From Synechococcales cyanobacterium bin31.maxbin.ball.101 (GTDB lineage: Bacteria; Cyanobacteriota; Cyanobacteriia; Leptolyngbyales; Leptolyngbyaceae): 64,000 nucleotides of DNA. A program made the position numbers and the translations under genes. Location of the stretch: assembly GCA_013298165.1 (NCBI GenBank), contig JAAFJU010000011.1:980-64979 (forward strand). Reading direction: 5' to 3'. Below, in pieces: positions 28,897-34,860 of the stretch. The notes below the pieces were generated by a model. It saw only the letters and a list, made by a program, of their open reading frames with translations, had not been told where the DNA came from and ran no database searches. Numbering within the stretch: position 1 is the first letter of the stretch; each line of letters begins with the position of its first letter.

Positions 28897-28981
28897 TGAC
28901 GAACCGCCCCCTAGCCCCCAATTCTGGGGGGACATGAATTTCTGAAGCCCCCAGAATTGGGGGTTGGGGGCGGTTTGCCAG
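28897..28981. repeat. Paired-arm CCCCAGAATTGGGGG-family palindromic element
   Basis: The left arm is CTGACGAACCGCCCCCTAGCCCCCAATTCTGGGGG. The right arm, CCCCCAGAATTGGGGGTTGGGGGCGGTTTGCCAG, is its near reverse complement. The element lies between convergent genes. Confidence 0.7.
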
Positions 28982-29016
28982 TGGTTGAAAACTTGGGATG
29001 CTATTTAGGCTAGGCC

Positions 29017-29664
29017 CTAACCCCGACGAGACTGCAATTTTCGGTACACGTCTTTAATATCTACATGATGCGCTGCGAGTCCGACCATCGTGTGATAAAA
29101 CAAATCGGCCACTTCCCCCGCAATGTCATCCCGATCGTCGTCTTTAAACGCCATAATCACTTCGGCACATTCTTCTCCCACCTTTTTTAAAATACTGTTG
29201 TCCCCACCCGCCAAGAGTTTGCAGGTATAGGACGCGGCGTCGGGATGGTCACGCCGATCGCAAATCACGTTAAACACTTGCGACAAGGTATCCGCAGGCG
29301 GCGCAGCAGGTCCCCCTTCCACCTGATGAAAACAACTGCGCGCCCCGGTGTGACAAGCAATATCCCCAATCTGCTCCACCGTCACCAACAAAGCGTCACT
29401 ATCACAGTCGTAGCGAATGGATTTGACCTTTTGCTGATGTCCCGAAGTCGCGCCCTTATGCCAAAATTCCTGCCGCGATCGGCTCCAAAACCAAGTTTCA
29501 CCACTGTCCAACGTCTTCTTCAAAGACTCCGCATTCATCCAAGCCATCATCAACACGGTCCCATCCAGGTAGTCCTGAACGATCGCAGGCACTAAGCCTT
29601 GGTCATTGTATTGAATCCGATCGATCGGCACCGAATTTGATGCAACCTTCTCCACAGTAGCCAT
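29017..29664 (-). CDS. hisIE: Bifunctional phosphoribosyl-AMP cyclohydrolase / phosphoribosyl-ATP diphosphatase
   Basis: GLVPAIVQD...VLMMAWMN...ETWFWSRSR...LWHKG.TSG is the HisI part. The CDxD and C...H motifs are present. The C-terminal HisE part reads SYTCKLL...[10 protein letters not shown]. Confidence 0.9.
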   Translation of the reverse strand: MATVEKVASNSVPIDRIQYNDQGLVPAIVQDYLDGTVLMMAWMNAESLKKTLDSGETWFWSRSRQEFWHKGATSGHQQKVKSIRYDCDSDALLVTVEQIGDIACHTGARSCFHQVEGGPAAPPADTLSQVFNVICDRRDHPDAASYTCKLLAGGDNSILKKVGEECAEVIMAFKDDDRDDIAGEVADLFYHTMVGLAAHHVDIKDVYRKLQSRRG

Positions 29665-29846
29665 CCTACGTTCTCCCAATCGACAAACAACTGTTGACGA
29701 TTTAGCATAAGACTCAGCTACACCCTCTGTCACGCCTTTGCTATTTTTCTGACACACAGAACCCATATCCCTCGGCCATCTTAAGTCAACGCCTTGAAGC
29801 TAAGATTTTTTAAGTCAGTCTCTACCCAACTCTACCGAAAATAGTC

Positions 29847-30344
29847 GTGCCAAAATTTAAGTTCCTGTCGGTTAAAACAACCGCGATCGTCCTTGTAAAC
29901 CTGATGCTCCTCGGGGGCGGTCTCTTCCTCCTCTCCGAAGAACTTGATCTACCCGATGCCCCTCGCGGTCCTCGTGTCGCCTCCGCCTGTACCCAGTCCT
30001 GGCCACAACTCCCCAACAACATCACCCCCCAAAGCCTCAAACCCACCAAAGTCGTCATCCAACCCTGGAGAGGCCGCCACCACGTCTATGCCGAATTTGC
30101 CCTGCCGCCCTCCGGATATCTCGTCAATCATCAATTTCGCGTCAATCTAGACAATCTTGGCGATTTCTGTGGTGGTATTTCAGCTCGACCGGGTCAACCG
30201 GGTCAACCGGGGGTTGCGATCGCTCATTTTCGCACTCGCACGGCGCTCTGGTTAATTGCTCAAGGCAAACTCAATGCCCTCAATCAACCTGAGAATTGGC
30301 AACTCGAAGTTCTCCCACTGAATAGCCAAATTTCTAATCCCTAG
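29847..30344 (+). CDS. Hypothetical membrane-anchored protein
   Basis: 165 aa with an N-terminal TM segment. It contains a GQPGQPG micro-duplication. Confidence 0.45.
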   Translation: MPKFKFLSVKTTAIVLVNLMLLGGGLFLLSEELDLPDAPRGPRVASACTQSWPQLPNNITPQSLKPTKVVIQPWRGRHHVYAEFALPPSGYLVNHQFRVNLDNLGDFCGGISARPGQPGQPGVAIAHFRTRTALWLIAQGKLNALNQPENWQLEVLPLNSQISNP

Positions 30345-30389
30345 AATTTCAAATATTCATGAAAAATCGACTGTTAGAGCTAGGAAAGC

Positions 30390-30620
30390 TTATGACGGCA
30401 TATCTATCCAGTTAATCAAATCTTCCAAGCGTTCAAACTCTAAAAGGACATCAGATAATGCATCCAATCGATCGTTCGTCATTTTTTCAAGGCGTTGTTT
30501 GATATCAGCAGAAATATCAATTCCTAACCGACGGTTTAGCATTTTGACTAGAACCTCTGCTTTACCTTCAGCCTTGATTTCCCAATAAGCCCGTGATTCT
30601 TGAATGCTGGAAGCTAGCAT
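30390..30620 (-). CDS. DUF4351-like stand-alone domain (C-terminal module of Rpn-type nucleases)
   Basis: EGKAEVLVKMLNRRLG.I...IKQRLEKMTNDRLDALSDVLLEFERLEDLINWI matches the DUF4351 pattern I recall. Confidence 0.5.
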   Translation of the reverse strand: MLASSIQESRAYWEIKAEGKAEVLVKMLNRRLGIDISADIKQRLEKMTNDRLDALSDVLLEFERLEDLINWIDMPS

Positions 30621-30645
30621 GGCGTTTACCTCATTTTTCGTCAGT

Positions 30646-31038
30646 TTATGGAATGATTAACTCGCCTTTTCGAGTATCGATGATGATTCCAAACCGTTGT
30701 AGGAAGTCCATTCCGAGCAATCCACTGGTGAAGGCATTGGTCGGAAGATCGAGTGCAACGACTTGAAAATTTTCGACTCGTTGTCCGAGGCAGTTAAACC
30801 AGGGAATCGTGACGATCGGAGCCTGAAGGACTCCACCTGCTGCGACGATCGGAATGGTTTTCGATCGGCTGACTGCGCATCCCATGGTTTCGAGAACTTG
30901 GACTGGGAGAACGGTGTAGCTTGACCCCGTGTCGATCAGAAGTCGGAACAGGCTGGGTTCGGCGATCGGACTTCCTGCTGCTGCTTTGACGAGCCAGAGA
31001 TTTCGGTAGGATTGGGCGCGGTAGATTCTGGCGGTCAT
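30646..31038 (-). CDS. Retropepsin-like (clan AA) aspartic protease, module A
   Basis: LLIDTGSSYTVLP carries the D-T/S-G active-site motif. LLGMDFLQRFGIIIDTRKGELII is the typical C-terminal strand. Confidence 0.8.
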   Translation of the reverse strand: MTARIYRAQSYRNLWLVKAAAGSPIAEPSLFRLLIDTGSSYTVLPVQVLETMGCAVSRSKTIPIVAAGGVLQAPIVTIPWFNCLGQRVENFQVVALDLPTNAFTSGLLGMDFLQRFGIIIDTRKGELIIP

Positions 31039-31265
31039 AGGATGAAGGCGACGTTTTCTGGAATATGTCCGAAGAATTCAAAGGCAACGCCGCGACCTTG
31101 GGCGATCGACATGGCAGCGTATACGTCTTGGGAGTTGGGCGAATGGGCGAGAACTTCTCCCCGCAGAACTTCCAGCGTTTCCGGATCGGTTTCGGTGTAG
31201 GCGATCATGACCCATTCGCCGTCGTAACGATCGCGCATTTCGTCTAGGGTTAGGATGTTAGCCAT
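31035..31265 (-). CDS. DUF5678-like small protein, module A
   Basis: 76 aa, with YDGEWVMIAY...VLAHS. Its stop codon overlaps the protease A start codon (ATGA). Confidence 0.6.
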   Translation of the reverse strand: MANILTLDEMRDRYDGEWVMIAYTETDPETLEVLRGEVLAHSPNSQDVYAAMSIAQGRGVAFEFFGHIPENVAFIL

Positions 31266-31331
31266 GAAGGATTCCTCGTTGCTGACGGATGTTCAGACTT
31301 GCGATAATTATAGCTGCTCCTCCACCGTGAA

Positions 31332-31731
31332 TCAGAAAATGGTGAATTCCGATCGCTCTCCATCAAATTCAATCCGATATCGCCTCATGAGATCTCGTCC
31401 AACTAACATCAGATTATCAATGACCTCGCCGGGACAGCCTAAAACAATACAAGCTGAAAGGGTATACCGATCGAGCCGTAAAGCCGGCTGCATAGGGAAT
31501 CGCTAATGTAGAGACTCCGCAAACAGGAACACGAATGGCACGATCGATCGCCCTTGCCTTGACCTTCATCAATTGGTCCAATGCTACTAACGTACAGTCT
31601 GACCCCGTGTCTAAAATGGCTTGAGTGGAATAGCTCAGTGGGTTTTCGGAATTTGGGGAGAAGAGTTCGATCGGTAAAATTGGGATGGGCGGTATTGCTT
31701 CGCCTAAGTCAGTATAGGAATAGGTTGCCAT
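31332..31731 (-). pseudogene. Retropepsin-like aspartic protease, module B, interrupted by a frameshift
   Basis: Frame 1 reads MATYSY...AILDTGSDCTLVA...STLAIPYAAGF and then runs into a stop at 31417. The protease-like C-terminus (YTLSACIVLGCPGEVIDNLMLVGRDLMRRYRIEFDGERSEFTIF*) continues in the +1 frame down to 31332. The span is 400 nt, which is not a multiple of 3. Confidence 0.6.
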
Positions 31732-31732
31732 A

Positions 31733-32047
31733 TTAACGAATGACGGCACTCCGGACGATCGGATGTTTGACTTCTGAAACAACTTGGCGAATAAAAATTG
31801 GAGCATCACCGACTTGCTTTACGGCTCGATCGAATAATGCAGCAAAATCCCGATCGGCATCCATGACCTGTTCATCCACCAGCCAAACGTACTGCCCTAA
31901 ATAATCGACGATCAGTTGCGATCGTAAGTTCTCAAAAATATCGGCTTGTCGTTCCAGGTAAGCCATGGTCGGCTGATCGTCGATCGTAAGTTCATCTTGA
32001 TTGGATAATAGGATTGGCATAGGTCGATTACCTGAACGACTTTCCAT
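31733..32047 (-). CDS. DUF5678-like small protein, module B
   Basis: LGQYVWLVDEQVMDADRDFAALFDRA...PIFIRQV. Its stop codon is separated from the protease B ATG by 1 nt (TAAtATG). Confidence 0.55.
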   Translation of the reverse strand: MESRSGNRPMPILLSNQDELTIDDQPTMAYLERQADIFENLRSQLIVDYLGQYVWLVDEQVMDADRDFAALFDRAVKQVGDAPIFIRQVVSEVKHPIVRSAVIR

Positions 32048-32203
32048 AGTTTAGCGTATCCCATTAATGCCGTTATCCTTCCATCATCGCAACAAACTCA
32101 GGACGACCGTGCAGGGGGGCGAGATCTCTGTCGGTGGTGGCAAGCTGACGATATTCCTCGGGTTCTAAGCGGAAGGCGATCGTAAGGTCTTCTAAGGCTG
32201 GCT

Positions 32204-33649
32204 TTAGCTGACTGATGGCGCAGGACTCAAGTTGGTTTGCTCAAGCTCACTATCTTGAATCAATTTATCGCAGAGCTTTTCATATCCAGTGAGTAATAGA
32301 GCGTCAGATGGTAAAGAGATTCGCTGACGTTGTTGAACGACCTCTAGAACTAATGGCTCTAATATCGATTCGGCATGAGCCGATCGATCGCTTGACGCAT
32401 AAATATCCCGAAGTTTACTTTCAAAATTTTGCGATTGTAATTTCTCTAAAACCGCTTGAATATCGGATTCAGATAGCAAATACTCGAACGCTAACGTCAT
32501 CAATTCAGATTCTAAAATCTTGATGCTAATTTTATTGTCATCCTCAATCACGAGATCCAAGGTTGACTGCGAGGCGGAAGATGCCGCAGACCCAGCTAGG
32601 AAACCACCGACTAACCCACCCACAATGGTTCCTAAGCCTGGGAAAATAGCGGTTCCAATTCCTGCCCCGATCGCATAACCGCCTGCACCACCCGCAACCC
32701 CTGCCGCTGTCGTTGTCACATTCTTGACAAACTGTCCACCTGACATCCGCCCTCGGACCAGTCGAGTCACATCACCCGAGGATAGGACCAATGTAGTTAC
32801 GACACCTGTCACCACATTTCCCCGCAGTAACTTGGAAACATTACTCATTGCCGCTGCACCATAAATGGCGTTTCCCCCGCGAAGTCCAGTCGCAATCCAA
32901 GAGGCAGTTTGTGCGCCCATAGTCCTCACGACTGAATCTGTAATTGGTCGAAGGGCTTGCTCTACGCCTGTGCGTCCGATCTGTGCCATGAGAATGCTGG
33001 AAACCCAGGTTACACCCCCGACTTTCAGCCCTGAAAAGCAGGCTTGTTCGATCGCAACCTCCATGGATTGCCCGTTCCATCTTGCGTGGGCAAATGCAAT
33101 CACGGCTGAAATTCCCATCGCAGTCCCTGCCACGCGAATCCCATTCACCGCATCGTAGGTAATCGATTCGATCGTGCCACATCGTGCAATATTTCGAGCC
33201 TGTGCATAGGTGAATTGCCCCTGCCGCACGATGTCCTTTGCTTGACCGGGATCGGTAACGCCCTTGACCTGACCTTTTTTAATGCGTTCTTCCATCGCCT
33301 TAATCGCTGCATCATAGGAATCCGATGGCACCTCAATCTGCATCGGCGATCCATCCGCATTCCAGTAGCGAAACTGCCCATCATGAAAGCACTCTTGAAT
33401 GCATTTCGAGCCGGAATTGCAGTATTTACTTTGAATTTGAACGCCGTCTACTAGTCGATCGGCTCCATTTTTAGCATTATCGCCACCGACCAGTTTTGCA
33501 TTCTTACCCGCTATCACATCTCGAAGATGATTTGCCTTCTCTGCCGCAAATCCATGTCCCCGCTCTGCGTTTAAAATTACGTTATCCGCATAGATTCCAG
33601 CATTGTTCGCAATACCGTTACTAATCGCTGGAATATCTTCTGGGTTCAT
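32204..33649 (-). CDS. Unplaced 481-aa protein: soluble N-domain, glycine-zipper membrane core, acidic helical C-domain
   Basis: The start is taken at MNPEDIP. The N-domain carries ERGHGFAAEKANH...GGDNAKNGADRLVDGVQIQSKY. The core holds several hydrophobic segments, including GVAGGAGGYAIGAGIGTAIFPGLGTIVGGLVGGFLAG. The last roughly 115 aa are a helical, acidic tail. Confidence 0.7.
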   Translation of the reverse strand: MNPEDIPAISNGIANNAGIYADNVILNAERGHGFAAEKANHLRDVIAGKNAKLVGGDNAKNGADRLVDGVQIQSKYCNSGSKCIQECFHDGQFRYWNADGSPMQIEVPSDSYDAAIKAMEERIKKGQVKGVTDPGQAKDIVRQGQFTYAQARNIARCGTIESITYDAVNGIRVAGTAMGISAVIAFAHARWNGQSMEVAIEQACFSGLKVGGVTWVSSILMAQIGRTGVEQALRPITDSVVRTMGAQTASWIATGLRGGNAIYGAAAMSNVSKLLRGNVVTGVVTTLVLSSGDVTRLVRGRMSGGQFVKNVTTTAAGVAGGAGGYAIGAGIGTAIFPGLGTIVGGLVGGFLAGSAASSASQSTLDLVIEDDNKISIKILESELMTLAFEYLLSESDIQAVLEKLQSQNFESKLRDIYASSDRSAHAESILEPLVLEVVQQRQRISLPSDALLLTGYEKLCDKLIQDSELEQTNLSPAPSVS

Positions 33650-33786
33650 GATGAGATGTGTCTGTAAGTCGGGTGTTATTAAGATAAAATCTAATTTCTT
33701 TCTCCGCAACGTAAAATAGGTGGTCTTATTGGCAAATTCATAGACCTGTGAAGTTATGCGACAAAACGATCGTCAAAAAATTGCCT

Positions 33787-33884
33787 TCTCCGGTTCCCCC
33801 AGAATTGGGGGCTAGGGGGCCACAACCCGATCGGGAAACTGTTTAATCAAAGCCGAAATCACAGGTGATGGGGTCCGATCGCCC
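33787..33884. repeat. 98-bp direct repeat, left copy (duplicate of the helicase 3' end plus the downstream palindrome)
   Basis: 95/98 identical to 34763-34860. On the minus strand it still encodes GDRTPSPVISALIKQFPDRVVAP*, preceded by an in-frame TAG. Confidence 0.85.
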
Positions 33885-34350
33885 TACCTCAAGTCATCCA
33901 AAAGACGATCGATGGCTTAAAATAGGAAAACCGATAAAAACCTTGCATAGCGTGGAGGTAACGACCATTAGTCCAAAACTGGATACGGACTGGAACGATG
34001 AAGAACTTTATCAGGCCGTTGGAATCATCACACGTCAGTTTCCACTCCTGAAATGTCATGAATGTGCGATCGCGATCCGAAGCTGGCTCAGCCGTCGCAA
34101 AATTCCAAACAAAATTTGGAAGATTAGCACTCAAAATCCTGATGAAGACTTTATCCTCAGCGATCGTCTTGAACAACAAGGCATCACCGACTCTATCACC
34201 GATAATGGAATTCACTATGGTATAGAAGTTCGCGGTAAAATCTTTGATAACCTATCTCCTGAAGGGATGACACTAGAAGAATGGGTGCAAGACTTTCATT
34301 CTATTTCTGATGAGTTTGATGTCATTAGCTTTGAAGATCCTGAGAGGTAA
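33865..34350 (+). CDS. Papain-fold toxin-like domain protein (stand-alone, no delivery domain)
   Basis: The ordered motifs are LLKCHECAIAIRSWL (Cys), DNGIHYGIEV (His) and IFDNLSPEGMTLEEW (Asp/Asn). I recall this order from papain-fold C-terminal toxin domains of polymorphic toxins. The GTG/ATG start lies inside the left repeat. Confidence 0.45.
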   Translation: MMGSDRPTSSHPKDDRWLKIGKPIKTLHSVEVTTISPKLDTDWNDEELYQAVGIITRQFPLLKCHECAIAIRSWLSRRKIPNKIWKISTQNPDEDFILSDRLEQQGITDSITDNGIHYGIEVRGKIFDNLSPEGMTLEEWVQDFHSISDEFDVISFEDPER

Positions 34351-34356
34351 CAACGG

Positions 34357-34731
34357 ATGAACTCACTCTTCCCATTGCTTGAAAAAATTAAAACTAAACC
34401 AGGTCTGTACATTGGCAAAGCCTCGATCGCAGACCTCCGGATGTTCATCGTTGGATATCGATTTGCACGATCGGAAGCCAAATTGCCATCCACCGAAGCT
34501 GAAACCGACTTTTATAAAAACTTCCAACCCTGGCTCCAACTCCGGCTCAACGTCCGCACCTCTAATGCATGGGATAAAATCATACTGTTCACTGTATCGA
34601 ATGAGCAACAAGCATTTGATTACTTCTTCCAACTCTTAGGAGAATTTCTAGAACGCGATCGAGAACAAGATATTGATCCAATGCTCTTTGACTTGAGATC
34701 TGAAGCCATCATTGAGCGCAGGATTGCCTAG
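34357..34731 (+). CDS. Immunity-like protein
   Basis: It starts 6 nt after the toxin-like gene. LLEKIKTKPGLYIGKASIADLRMFIVGYRFA...F..F..WL...W..II.F...E..AF..FF.L..EF is a pattern I associate with immunity proteins next to polymorphic toxin tips. Confidence 0.45.
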   Translation: MNSLFPLLEKIKTKPGLYIGKASIADLRMFIVGYRFARSEAKLPSTEAETDFYKNFQPWLQLRLNVRTSNAWDKIILFTVSNEQQAFDYFFQLLGEFLERDREQDIDPMLFDLRSEAIIERRIA

Positions 34732-34762
34732 GATTGAGCTATTGCAACAATAGAACAAACCC

Positions 34763-34860
34763 TCTCCGGTTCCCCCAGAATTGGGGGCTAGGGGGCCACA
34801 ACCCTATCGGGAAACTGTTTAATCAAAGCCGAAATCACAGGCGACGGGGTCCGATCGCCC
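34763..34860. repeat. 98-bp direct repeat, right copy (the genuine helicase 3' end)
   Basis: See 33787-33884. It contains the helicase stop codon at 34788-34790 and a CCCCAGAATTGGGGG palindrome. Confidence 0.85.

Noticed and set aside
32204-33649. Labelling the 481-aa protein as a bacterial gasdermin or a holin.
   Set aside because: The size and domain order do not fit either family, and I see no sequence motif supporting the label. Only the loose analogy of a membrane protein next to proteases remains, and it is reported as inference.
33787-34860. An integron gene cassette (attC-like palindrome) or a prophage/ICE att duplication, considered as explanations for the flanked cassette.
   Set aside because: There is no integron integrase, tyrosine or serine recombinase, or attI-like context anywhere in the window. 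The palindrome belongs to a dispersed genomic repeat family rather than resembling attC. I kept the repeat observation and dropped the integron label.
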